A stretch of DNA of 64,000 bases from Longimicrobiales bacterium. Lineage in GTDB: Bacteria; Gemmatimonadota; Gemmatimonadetes; Longimicrobiales; Gaopeijiaceae. The stretch is taken from NCBI GenBank assembly GCA_041690395.1, contig JAWLHJ010000002.1, forward strand, positions 564,751-628,750. The letters run 5' to 3'. Under the pieces are notes generated by a model, which was given only the letters and a program-made list of their open reading frames with translations, ran no database searches and was not told where the DNA came from. Position numbers and translations under genes: made by a program. Below, one piece after another: positions 1-9,318 of the stretch. How positions within the stretch are numbered: the first letter of the stretch is position 1; every line of letters starts with the position of its first letter.

Positions 1-186
1 GCGGAGGCCGCTTGCGAGGAGGTCATGAGGCTCGGGGCCGAAGCCGGCATGCCCAGCATGATGACGGCCGGCGCGGAGAACATCGTCCACCGCATCGATC
101 AGGGATACCTGGGCCTCCTGCTCATGGGATCCACCGAGCAGGTGAACGAGATCATCGCGACCGGACGCGCCGCTTCGGGCGGTTGA
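1..186 (+). CDS. 3' end of a gene cut by the window edge, probably HpcH/HpaI aldolase family
   Basis: Frame 1 is open from base 1 to TGA at 184-186 (AEAACEEVMRLGAEAGMPSMMTAGAENIVHRIDQGYLGLLLMG...GRAASGG). It resembles aldolase C-termini and is followed by a hairpin. Confidence 0.5.
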   Translation, partial: AEAACEEVMRLGAEAGMPSMMTAGAENIVHRIDQGYLGLLLMGSTEQVNEIIATGRAASGG

Positions 187-207
187 GGCCGAAGCACCCC
201 GGAACGA

Positions 208-248
208 CGGAAGGCCGCGGGCCCCTCGAGGGGACCCGCGGCCTTCTG
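208..248. terminator. GC-rich hairpin between convergent genes
   Basis: GAAGGCCGCGGG...CCCGCGGCCTTC inverted repeat. Confidence 0.6.
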
Positions 249-273
249 CGTTTCGCGACCCGCGGGACCGGCG

Positions 274-1521
274 TCAGCCCGCCGTCGCGTTCGCCGCCTT
301 CACGCCTTCGGCCAGGGCGTCCACGAGACGGGGCAGCGCACGCGTGGGCGTCGCACACAGGCCGACCCTGACGGCTCCGTTGATCGGGATCACGAACACC
401 CCCGCGTCCCGCATCGTCGCTGCCGTGACCTCCGGGTCCGGCGTGAAGACGGACACGAAGAACCCGCTCTCGAAGCGCGGCCAGTCGAGTCCGTGCTTGC
501 GGGCGGCCTCGTTGAAGACGTTCGTCCTCGACGACAGCAGGTCGATGAGCTCCTGGCGTTCCGCGTCTGAACGCTTCCTGAGGTCCGGATCCACGATGAG
601 ATCGGTGATGGCCCGGATGCCGAGGCGGTTGCAGTTCGACCACGTCGCGCGCGACGTGTAGTTGAACGCGTTGGTGAGCTGGACACGCTCGTCCGGGTCC
701 CGGTGGCATGCGATGAGGGCGCCGACCCGGAGCCCGTACTGGGTGAACGCCTTCGAGGCCGTCCAGGCGAAGAGCACGGTGGTAGCCTCGAGCAGGCGCG
801 GCAGCGCCGCGTCCCACGCGTCGATGGCGTCGCCCCCGAACTTCAGGTAGGCGCAGTCCATGAGCACCGTCACGGGCACCCGCTCGCTCGCTCGCACGAG
901 CACGTCTGTGACGTCGCTCCACTCGGCCTCGTTCAGGGAGTAGCCGGTCGGGTTGTGGCTCGGGAAGTTCAGGATGATCACGACTCGACCCTGGCCCGCG
1001 GCCTGGCGCCGGACGCCCTCCTCCATCGCTTCCACGTCGAACGAGCCGTCGGCGCGGAACATGTTGAACGTCTCGCACCCGCGGCCGGCGTGGGCCGCGA
1101 TGTCCCGGTACGGCCCCCACCGGTAGTTGGTGGTGAGGAGCGCCTGTCCCGGCTCCAGGAAGTTCACGACGGTGTGGTAGATCGCGCCCGTGCCTCCCGG
1201 GGTCGCGAGGGCCAGCGCGTGCTCTTCGAGCTCGCTTCCACCGAGCAGGTCCTGAATCGCCGCCTCCCGGAAGCGCGGGTCGCCCGCGATGGGGCCGTAC
1301 CCGGACACGCTGGCGACGTCGACATTGGCGATGGCTTCGAGCACCGAGGGCATCACCGAGAGCTTTCCTTCCTCGTCGGTGAGAACGCCCATCGTGCAGT
1401 CGAGGATATCCTCACCCTCGGAGGCGCGCCGATTCGCCTCGCCGTGGAGCTTGAAGATCGGATCCATCCCGATACGGTCCCGGGACGTCGGGGTCAGGGT
1501 GCAGCGCGTGCTCGTGATCAC
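274..1521 (-). CDS. PLP-dependent aminotransferase class I/II (aspartate aminotransferase-like)
   Basis: TPGGTGA, NFPSHNPTG, DCAY, TASKAFTQYGLRVG (PLP lysine). The GTG start overlaps the upstream stop (GTGA). Confidence 0.9.
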   Translation of the reverse strand: MITSTRCTLTPTSRDRIGMDPIFKLHGEANRRASEGEDILDCTMGVLTDEEGKLSVMPSVLEAIANVDVASVSGYGPIAGDPRFREAAIQDLLGGSELEEHALALATPGGTGAIYHTVVNFLEPGQALLTTNYRWGPYRDIAAHAGRGCETFNMFRADGSFDVEAMEEGVRRQAAGQGRVVIILNFPSHNPTGYSLNEAEWSDVTDVLVRASERVPVTVLMDCAYLKFGGDAIDAWDAALPRLLEATTVLFAWTASKAFTQYGLRVGALIACHRDPDERVQLTNAFNYTSRATWSNCNRLGIRAITDLIVDPDLRKRSDAERQELIDLLSSRTNVFNEAARKHGLDWPRFESGFFVSVFTPDPEVTAATMRDAGVFVIPINGAVRVGLCATPTRALPRLVDALAEGVKAANATAG

Positions 1522-2537
1522 CGGTCACCACCTGGCAGTTCGCCGTTCAGCTCCGCATAGACTTGTCGAATCGCCACGGGACCCTGGCTGGAGCGGAGCG
1601 ACCACGTCTCCAGGTCCCCGAAGCTTGCTTGTTCTTGGGCCGCCTCGAGCGGCACCCCATCCTCGTGGAGACGTTCCGCCTCCGCGATGACCTGCATGAC
1701 CGCCTGGCGGTACACCTCGAGCTCGTCCTCCAGGATCTCGGGCGAGTCCACGAAGCCGTGCCCAGGCACGTAGATGTCGATGTCCATGGCCTGCGCCCTC
1801 TCGATCATCTCGACCCATTCGCTCGGGAAAGCCGAACGCATCGCCGGGAAGACCCTGTGAAGGTACGCCTCGCTCATGAAGAGGATCTTCTCTTCGGGGA
1901 GGTGCACGACGAGGTCACCACCGGTATGGGCACGGCCGAGGAAGAGCAACTCGACGGTCTTGTCGCCGAGCTCGAGCACCTCGCGATCCTCGACGAGATC
2001 CGTCGCAAGCGGCATGGGCGGGTCGTCCGCGCTCCGGCTCTCGGCGGTGCGGCGAAGCGCCTCGGCCGATGTCGGGTGCGCGTAGTACCGCACGCCCTCC
2101 GGAAATGCCGAGTTGCCGGCCGTGTGGTCGCCGTGGTCCGACCCGATGACCACGTCGGTGATCGGCTGGTCCGTCAGCTCCGCGACGTGGTCGACGAGCC
2201 GCTCGGTCTCCTCGACGCTTCCCTGACCGTCCCCGATAAGGACGCCCTCATCGGTCACGACGATCAGGCTCACCGTGGTGAACCGCTCGTCGCCGGCCGA
2301 GCGCAGCTGCTCGTAGGAGTAGACGCCTTCGGCGAGCTCCCGCACGCGTGGGAAGTCCGCATCGGTGTAGCCGCGTGCGTAGGGATCAGCAGTGCGGATC
2401 GACTCCGCGGCATCGGCGGTGTCGGCGGCTCGCGCCGCCTCGTCGGAGGGCCCTTCGGACGGTCCGCAGGCAGTGAGCGTGGCCACGCCGGCCACGGCGA
2501 GGGTGCGCGCGAACGAGGCGCGCCGGAATGTCATCAT
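1518..2537 (-). CDS. MBL-fold metallo-hydrolase lipoprotein
   Basis: Lipobox LTAC; SDHGDHTAG, AHTGGD and VPGHG motifs. Confidence 0.85.
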   Translation of the reverse strand: MMTFRRASFARTLAVAGVATLTACGPSEGPSDEAARAADTADAAESIRTADPYARGYTDADFPRVRELAEGVYSYEQLRSAGDERFTTVSLIVVTDEGVLIGDGQGSVEETERLVDHVAELTDQPITDVVIGSDHGDHTAGNSAFPEGVRYYAHPTSAEALRRTAESRSADDPPMPLATDLVEDREVLELGDKTVELLFLGRAHTGGDLVVHLPEEKILFMSEAYLHRVFPAMRSAFPSEWVEMIERAQAMDIDIYVPGHGFVDSPEILEDELEVYRQAVMQVIAEAERLHEDGVPLEAAQEQASFGDLETWSLRSSQGPVAIRQVYAELNGELPGGDR

Positions 2538-2696
2538 GGGTGGTCGATGGGTTCGGGCCCGGGGGCGATTTCGCGAACCGGTAGCAATAGGGGTGAGGCG
2601 CTCGATGTGCAAGGCTACGCAAAGAGCGGCCGGACCGCTTCGGCCCGGCCGCCCTCGCCAGCGTGACCCGCGTCGCGGGATCGGAGGATCAGCTGA

Positions 2697-4649
2697 TCAG
2701 CACCCCACGCAGTTGTTGTTGTTCTTCGCGCCCAGACTCTCGAGCAACTCAATGGTCCGGGGGAAAGGAGAGATGCGCTGCACCGGCCCGTTCGCCATGT
2801 CGACCGTGGTCTGACCACGACGGCTCACCAGCGTGACGTCGGCACCCTGGGAAACCAGGTACTCGATGAGCGTGTTGTCGCCGCGCGCCGCCGCGTGATG
2901 AGCCGGAGCGTAACCATTGTGGTCCCGGGCGTTGACGTCGGCCCCGAGCTCCTCGACCAGGTACCGCATCGCCGGAAGCCACGCATCGGGCGCATGGCGA
3001 TGCGCATTGGCCGCGAATCCCTCTCCGTACCCCACGCCCGCTGCAGCGTGGATCGGGTAGACCGCCGGTCCGCCCGGCGGTACCGGTTCGAGGCCTGACT
3101 TGTCCTCGGAATCACCGCCACGGCGGAACCGCCGACTGGCCGGCTTCTGAGTCGGGATGTTCGGATCCGCGCCGTTCTCGATCAGGAGGCGCATCGCCGG
3201 AACGTCCAGAGCGTACGCGGCCCGCCAGAACGGAGTGGCACCCATGAAGTCGACGCCGAGCAGGTCGAAGTTGAACGACGTGTACCAGATGTGCCGCTTG
3301 GTGCGGTGGTTCACATCCGCTCCGGCCTCGATCAAGGCCTCCATCATCTGGAGGTAGTCCGTCTCCTGCTGCTTGAACGCGGTCGGTTGCGGGAAGAGCG
3401 CCTTGGGCGCCCAACGATTGTTCAACGTCGCGAAGAGCGGCGTCGCCCCGTCCTCGCTCTCGAGCGTCGGATCGGCGCCTTCAGCCAGATAGCGCATCGC
3501 GAGGTCGTAGTGGCCGTTGATCGTGGCCATGAGGAGCGGCGACGTCCCGTCTCCGCTGGGGCCATCGATGTCGGCACCCCGTGCGATCAGGAGCTCTGCC
3601 GCCTCGAAATAGCCGTCTCTCGAGGCGTAGTGGAGCGCGGTCAGCCCTCCCTCCTTGCCCACGAGGTCCGCGTAGCCGAGCGGCTCAGGCTCGGAGCCGG
3701 GTTGCTCGTCCTCGCCCTCCTCCTGCGGCTGCTCGGTCTCGTCTTCGTCCTCGGCAGGAGCCTCGTCCTCGTTCGCCGCCTCCTGGCGCGCGTCCTCGAG
3801 CGCCTGCCGAGCGGCGGCTCGCTCCTCATCTTCCTCGAGGGGCTCTTCAGCCCCCTCCTCCGCGGGCGCCTCTTCCTCGGCGGGCTCTTCTGCAGCCTCT
3901 TCCGGCTCCTCGGGAGTAGCGGCGGCCTCAGCCTCCGCCTCCTCGGGAGCCGCGGCCTCGGCTTCCCGGGCTTCACGCTCGGCCCGCTCCTCGCGGTCCG
4001 CCGCGATGCGCGCCTGCAGGATGCGCTCCCTGCGCTGGCGATCAGGCCCGTCCAACTCGGCGATCTGCCCGTAGTCGATCACCTTGGTCGCGGCGTTCAC
4101 GTCTGCGCCGGCATCGAGCAGGACCGCCATGGCAGGCACGCGGTTCTTCGCCGTGGCCCACATGAGCGGTGTCTGCTCGTAGACGTTCTCACGCCCGTCG
4201 ACCTCCGCCCCCGCCTCGATGAGGACGGACAGCGCGTCGACGTTTCCGGAACCGGCCGCCAGGTGCAGCGGCATGGCACCGGTAGTCGTGCGCGCGGAGA
4301 CGTCCGCCCCCTGCGCCACGAGGGCTCCGATCGCCTCGGCATGCCCCACGCGGCTCGCCAGATGGAGCGCAGTGTATCCGCCCAGCCGGGTCGTCGCCTC
4401 GGAGGCGGCCCCGGCATACAGCAGGACCTCCACCAGCTCGGCGTTCCCGTTCATGGCCGCCCAGTGCAACGCGGTCATGCCGTCGCCCTGAGCCGCGTTG
4501 ACGTCCGCACCCTGCTGAAGCAGGGCGACGACCGTCTCGACGTCCCCGCGCTCCGCCGCATCCGCCACCGGCGAGTCGTTGGTGCCGGCCGTCAGAAGCA
4601 GCGTCGCGAGGAGCGCACCCAGAACGTTGACCCGAAACTTCGTATTCAT
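2697..4649 (-). CDS. secreted ankyrin-repeat protein with an acidic insertion
   Basis: Many GxTALHxAA/TPL repeats, signal peptide, GGAGG RBS before ATG 4649, C-terminal CVGC. Confidence 0.9.
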   Translation of the reverse strand: MNTKFRVNVLGALLATLLLTAGTNDSPVADAAERGDVETVVALLQQGADVNAAQGDGMTALHWAAMNGNAELVEVLLYAGAASEATTRLGGYTALHLASRVGHAEAIGALVAQGADVSARTTTGAMPLHLAAGSGNVDALSVLIEAGAEVDGRENVYEQTPLMWATAKNRVPAMAVLLDAGADVNAATKVIDYGQIAELDGPDRQRRERILQARIAADREERAEREAREAEAAAPEEAEAEAAATPEEPEEAAEEPAEEEAPAEEGAEEPLEEDEERAAARQALEDARQEAANEDEAPAEDEDETEQPQEEGEDEQPGSEPEPLGYADLVGKEGGLTALHYASRDGYFEAAELLIARGADIDGPSGDGTSPLLMATINGHYDLAMRYLAEGADPTLESEDGATPLFATLNNRWAPKALFPQPTAFKQQETDYLQMMEALIEAGADVNHRTKRHIWYTSFNFDLLGVDFMGATPFWRAAYALDVPAMRLLIENGADPNIPTQKPASRRFRRGGDSEDKSGLEPVPPGGPAVYPIHAAAGVGYGEGFAANAHRHAPDAWLPAMRYLVEELGADVNARDHNGYAPAHHAAARGDNTLIEYLVSQGADVTLVSRRGQTTVDMANGPVQRISPFPRTIELLESLGAKNNNNCVGC

Positions 4650-4671
4650 CGTACCTCCCGGAGGGCGCGCT

Positions 4672-6078
4672 TTACAGTGAGGACATCGTGGGCGCGGACA
4701 GCGAGAAGTCGCCGGTGCTGTCACCGAACTCCTCGATGTCGTCGAGCCCCAGCCCGTGCATGGCCGTCAGAAGCACGTTGGCCATGGGCGTCCCGTCCGG
4801 CGCCTTCAGGTGCACGCCGCCGCGCGGCAGAGCGCCGTTGGCCCCACCGAGGAAGACGAGGGGGCAGCGCCGGTGGTTGTGGATGTTGCTGTCCGCCATC
4901 GGCGACCCGTACACGATCATCGTCTTGTCGAGGAGGTTCGAATCGCCCTCGGTCGACGCCTTGAGCCGCTCCAGGAAGTACGGGAGCAGGCTCACGTGGT
5001 ACTCGTTGATCTTCGCGAAGTCCATGACCCGCTCCGGATTCCCGCCGTGGTGCGAGGCGTTGTGGAAGCCGGCCTCGACGCCGCTGCCCGGGTACACGCG
5101 TCCGGACCCGTCGCGTCCCATCTTGAACGAGAAGGTCCGCGTCATGTCGGACTGGAAGGCCAGGACCTGGAGGTCGAACATGAGCTTGACGTGCTCCTCG
5201 AAGTCGTCCGGCACACCCGCGGGGGCGCCGGCCAGCTCGCGGATCTCGCCGCTCCGGTTCCGCTCCTCGACGCGCTGGATGCGACGCTCGATCTCGCGGA
5301 CGTTCTCCATGTACTGATCCATGCGCCGACGGTCCGTCGGCCCGAGCGTGGCCTTGAGACCCTGCACTTCGCTCGCGACCCAGTCGAGGATGCTGCGATC
5401 GGTCTGCATCCGCTGGGCCCGCTCTTCAGCGGTCGCACCGGCTCCGAAGAGCTGGTCGAACGCTACCCGCGGATCGCGGATCATCGGGAGCGGCTGCGTC
5501 GGCGTGGCCCAGCTGATCGAGTCCGTGTAGACGCAGGCGTAGCCGTACGCACAGCCACCGGCCTGGTCGACGTTCTCGATGCAGAGCTGCATCGAGGGAA
5601 TCGGCGCGTCGTTTCCGAAGCGCTGGGCGTAGATCTGGTCCATCGAGGTTCCGACGTACACGTCCGAACCTTCGGTCTGCTTCGGATGCGACTGCGTCAG
5701 GAAGACCGCGCTCGACCGGAAGTGGTCGCCACCGATCTCCTTGGGCTCGAACGCCTCGGCCATCCGCACGTCGGTGTTGCTGACGATCGTCATGTAGTCA
5801 CGGAACGGCTCGAGCGGGCTCAGGCTGCTCGGCGACAGGTCGAAGTCCCGGCCCACCTCGGCGGGATTCCAAAGATGCTGCTGCGCACCCCATTCGTTCG
5901 ACCCGGCGGCTCCGTGCACCATCTCGATGGCCACGAACCGGGTGCGGTCCGCTTCGGCGGGAGCGTTCGACCAGACCCGACCGGCGGGCTCCATCGCGTC
6001 GAGGAGCGGCAGCGCCACGGTCGCGCCCATACCCCTCAAGAAGGTCCGACGCGGGAGGTGCTTTTGTGTCAGAAACAT
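4672..6078 (-). CDS. DUF1552 family protein (Tat signal)
   Basis: RRTFLRGMGATVALPLLDAM Tat-like N-terminus, SMDQ, HNASHH; typical position after a DUF1592 gene. Confidence 0.88.
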   Translation of the reverse strand: MFLTQKHLPRRTFLRGMGATVALPLLDAMEPAGRVWSNAPAEADRTRFVAIEMVHGAAGSNEWGAQQHLWNPAEVGRDFDLSPSSLSPLEPFRDYMTIVSNTDVRMAEAFEPKEIGGDHFRSSAVFLTQSHPKQTEGSDVYVGTSMDQIYAQRFGNDAPIPSMQLCIENVDQAGGCAYGYACVYTDSISWATPTQPLPMIRDPRVAFDQLFGAGATAEERAQRMQTDRSILDWVASEVQGLKATLGPTDRRRMDQYMENVREIERRIQRVEERNRSGEIRELAGAPAGVPDDFEEHVKLMFDLQVLAFQSDMTRTFSFKMGRDGSGRVYPGSGVEAGFHNASHHGGNPERVMDFAKINEYHVSLLPYFLERLKASTEGDSNLLDKTMIVYGSPMADSNIHNHRRCPLVFLGGANGALPRGGVHLKAPDGTPMANVLLTAMHGLGLDDIEEFGDSTGDFSLSAPTMSSL

Positions 6079-6132
6079 CTTCGTGTAACTCCTGGCTTGG
6101 GTTCTGTCGTCGTCAGTTTCGAGAGGGTCGGT

Positions 6133-8610
6133 TCAGTTCTGCGCGTCCATGTCCGCGACGGTCGTCTCGGCGCGGGCCATCCGGAAGGCGGGGCTGTTCA
6201 CCACGCCGAGGATGAAGGAGGACATCGCGTAATCGTTCTCGGCGGCCGCGTCCTCGATGTCCCGGACGGTCGGCATGTCGAAGTACTCCACGCGACGGCC
6301 GATGGCGTAGGCCATGAGGTTCCTGGTGAAGGTCCGCACGAACACCGAGGGGCGCTTCAGAATGGCCTGCCTCAGATCCGTGGGGCTTTCGATCGGCGTG
6401 CCGTCGTAGAGCTCACCGGAAGCGTCGATCGGATTGCCGTTCTCCTTGATCCTCCACGCGCCGGTCACGTCGAAGTTCTCGAGCGCGAGGCCGATCGGGT
6501 CGATCACGCTGTGGCAGGAGTTGCAGGACGGGTTCGCCCGGTGCTGCTCCATGCGCTCCCTCGTGGTCAACTCACGACCGTTCTGCGCCGTCTCGACCTC
6601 GTCGAGCGAGGGCACGACGGGCGGCGGGGGAGGCGGCGGCGATCCCAGGAGGACCTCCATCACCCACTTTCCGCGGAGCACCGGAGAAGTGTGGTTCGCG
6701 TGAGACGTCATCATGAGGATGCTCGCGTGCCCGAGAACGCCGCGGCGATGCGGACTCTCGTGCCGCACCATCCGGAAGTCCGAGCCGGAGACACCGGGCA
6801 CCCCGTAATGCCTCGCCAGCCGCTCGTTCACGAACGTGTAGTCGGCGGTGAGCAACTCGAGTAGGCTCCGATCCTCGCGGACGAGATGCTCGAAGAGCAG
6901 TTCGGTCTCACGCTCCATCGCTACCGTCAGCGTCTGGTCGAAGTACGGGAAGTGCTGGGCGTCCGGATGGATCTTGTAGAGGTCCTGCAGGCGGAGCCAC
7001 TGGGACGCGAACCGCGTCGCCAGCGCTTCGGCGCGGGGATCCTGGAGCATGCGGCGCGCCTGTGCCTCGAGCACGTCCGGCTCGGACAGGCGTCCCTCGC
7101 TCGCGACCCGGATCAACTCCTGGTCGGGCGGCGAAGCCCACAGGAAGAAGGACAGGCGCGAAGCGAGATCCATGTCCGCGACATCGTAGAGGCCTTCGTC
7201 CTCGGCAAGGGTGTTCTCGAGACGGAAGACGAAGTGCGGGCTCGCGAGCATCGCCTGGATGGCGAGGCGCACACCGCCCTCGAATCCGCCCTCGGCGCGA
7301 CCCTGGTCATAGAAGCCCATCAGGCTCTGGACGTCGCCGTCGTTCACCGGGCGCCGGTAGGCCTGTGCGGCGAGGCGCTCGATGATCGACCGGGCGCAGG
7401 GACGCTCCTCGTCGGACCGCGTCGGCCGACAGGTGAAGATGCGCTCGCGGCTCTCGGTGCTCGACACGCCGGTCACCCGGAACGGCCCGGTGATGACGAG
7501 GTCGCGCAGATGGGGCGCGGTCGTCACGCCGTAGTCGGAACCGATCTGGGAGTCGGCGAGCGTGTAGTCGACGGGGGTGATCAGGTCGACCACCGGACCC
7601 TCGATCTTCTGCACGAACGCCGCGGCGACCCTGTGCTGTCCAGCCGTGATGTGGATCGGCGGGGTCTCCATGCGCAGGCCGCTCGGATCGGACTCCGAAC
7701 CCCACCGGTCGATGTTCAGCACGGCGACGCGCTCGCCGTTGACCGAGATCTCGAGCTGCTCGTCCGGAGAGGTCGAACCGTAGAGCTGACCCGTCGGGAT
7801 GGCATGGAGATCGATCTGGAAGATGTAGTCCCCGTCGGCCGGGAAGGTGTGGTAGACCGCCGTTCCTCCGCGGGTGCCGAAGGGGGTGCCCTCGACGTGC
7901 CTCATCTGCGAGAGGGTCTTGTCGACCTTGTAGACGGCCGACGTCGCCGAAGCGTTCGGATCACCGACCGCGGCGCGGCTCACCGCGCCCGCCGCCTTCA
8001 GGTACCCCTCCATCAGGGTGGCGGACAGCATCTGCACGTCCGCGATGTTGTCGAAGCTTTCGCTGATGGTCTCCGTGGGGAGATAAGCGGACGCGTCGAC
8101 CCTGAGGCCGAAGAGCTCCCTGATCGACGCCTCGTAGTCGTTCCGGGTCAGGCGTTGGAACGTCCGGCGGCCCGGGTTCGGATCACGGGAGGCCACCTCG
8201 TCGAGGCTGTTCTCGAGGGACGTGGCGAGGAAGGTCAGGGAGTCCTCGGGAGGTCGGCGCGCCCCGGCGGGCGGCATCATGCCGGCCCGGAGCTTGTGGA
8301 TCACACGCTCGGCGATCTCCGCACTCTCGTGCGGCGCCGCGGCGTCGAACTCCTCGAGCGACAGGTTGCCGGTCATGCGCCGGTCACTGTGGCAGCGAAC
8401 GCAGTACTGGTCGACGACCTCGTTGAGGGCCTGGTCGACATTCGCGCCGGAAGCGCTCATGTCCACGGCCACGGGAGGCGACTCGTTCCCTGCGCGGTCG
8501 GCTCGTGGCTCGACGGCTACTCCCAGAAGGAGCAGGCCGGCGACGAGCATCGTGGGTGCTGCAGCGTTCATGCCTTCCTCGGACGACGCGTGATCAGGTG
8601 TTGGCTTCAC
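6133..8610 (-). CDS. DUF1587/1595/1592/1588/1585 (PSD/PSCyt) di-heme cytochrome c domain protein
   Basis: CVRCH and CNSCH heme motifs; RLTRNDY, LASRLSFFLW, TSPVLRGKWV, LENFD. Confidence 0.9.
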   Translation of the reverse strand: MKPTPDHASSEEGMNAAAPTMLVAGLLLLGVAVEPRADRAGNESPPVAVDMSASGANVDQALNEVVDQYCVRCHSDRRMTGNLSLEEFDAAAPHESAEIAERVIHKLRAGMMPPAGARRPPEDSLTFLATSLENSLDEVASRDPNPGRRTFQRLTRNDYEASIRELFGLRVDASAYLPTETISESFDNIADVQMLSATLMEGYLKAAGAVSRAAVGDPNASATSAVYKVDKTLSQMRHVEGTPFGTRGGTAVYHTFPADGDYIFQIDLHAIPTGQLYGSTSPDEQLEISVNGERVAVLNIDRWGSESDPSGLRMETPPIHITAGQHRVAAAFVQKIEGPVVDLITPVDYTLADSQIGSDYGVTTAPHLRDLVITGPFRVTGVSSTESRERIFTCRPTRSDEERPCARSIIERLAAQAYRRPVNDGDVQSLMGFYDQGRAEGGFEGGVRLAIQAMLASPHFVFRLENTLAEDEGLYDVADMDLASRLSFFLWASPPDQELIRVASEGRLSEPDVLEAQARRMLQDPRAEALATRFASQWLRLQDLYKIHPDAQHFPYFDQTLTVAMERETELLFEHLVREDRSLLELLTADYTFVNERLARHYGVPGVSGSDFRMVRHESPHRRGVLGHASILMMTSHANHTSPVLRGKWVMEVLLGSPPPPPPPVVPSLDEVETAQNGRELTTRERMEQHRANPSCNSCHSVIDPIGLALENFDVTGAWRIKENGNPIDASGELYDGTPIESPTDLRQAILKRPSVFVRTFTRNLMAYAIGRRVEYFDMPTVRDIEDAAAENDYAMSSFILGVVNSPAFRMARAETTVADMDAQN

Positions 8611-8703
8611 TCATAGACACACGTGCGGCGCCTCGAATGTTGAGCGCTGCATGCACCAAATGGTGCTTGAGTTGGGCCTCGATCGTTACCATACGGGTGG
8701 GCC

Positions 8704-8735
8704 GGCCCCCGGGGCGGTAGCTCGCCCCGGGGGCC
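8704..8735 (-). terminator. hairpin downstream of DUF4399 gene
   Basis: GGCCCCCGGGGCG-N6-CGCCCCGGGGGCC perfect stem, no U tract. Confidence 0.5.
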
Positions 8736-8741
8736 TCCGGC

Positions 8742-9203
8742 TCAGCGGACCCGGAACGTGACCGTGTCGACGACCCACGGCTGGAGCGGGAAGTGCGCAC
8801 CGTCCGCCACAACGGCGATGATGCGATGCTCGCCGGGCGCCACGTTCTCGAACGTGTACGTGGACGACGCGTCGCCCATGTGGATGATGCTGCCCTCCAC
8901 GGTCGGGACCGGCTGGCTCGCCGGCGTCAGGTCGGCGTCGAGATAGAGGTGGTGATGTCCGGTTCCGGCGGTCATGTCCCCGGCCTCGACGATCGGGAAG
9001 CCGTTCACGGAGAGCTCGACCGTGACCGACGAGCCTTCGATCTCGGAGCCCTCGGCGGGCGACAGGATGGTCACGGTGCCGACGGGCTCCGAGGCCATGG
9101 CCGGGGTCTCGCCAGCGGGCATCGAGTCGGTTTCGGAGGTATCACCGCCGCAGGCGGCGAGCGTCAGCGTTAAGGCCAGAGTGAGTCCGAGCGCGTTCTT
9201 CAT
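8742..9203 (-). CDS. DUF4399-like lipoprotein
   Basis: Lipobox LAAC; GTGHHHLYLD, IIHMG, PGEH, ADGAH motifs. Confidence 0.8.
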   Translation of the reverse strand: MKNALGLTLALTLTLAACGGDTSETDSMPAGETPAMASEPVGTVTILSPAEGSEIEGSSVTVELSVNGFPIVEAGDMTAGTGHHHLYLDADLTPASQPVPTVEGSIIHMGDASSTYTFENVAPGEHRIIAVVADGAHFPLQPWVVDTVTFRVR

Positions 9204-9318
9204 GGCGTCCTTTCGAGGGTCCGAGGTTCGCGTCGAGCGGTTCGGGCACAGCCCTGACCGCCGCAAGTGATCGGATGGTTCCGATGCACTTCAATGTTAA
9301 TGGGAACGGTCACGCCGC

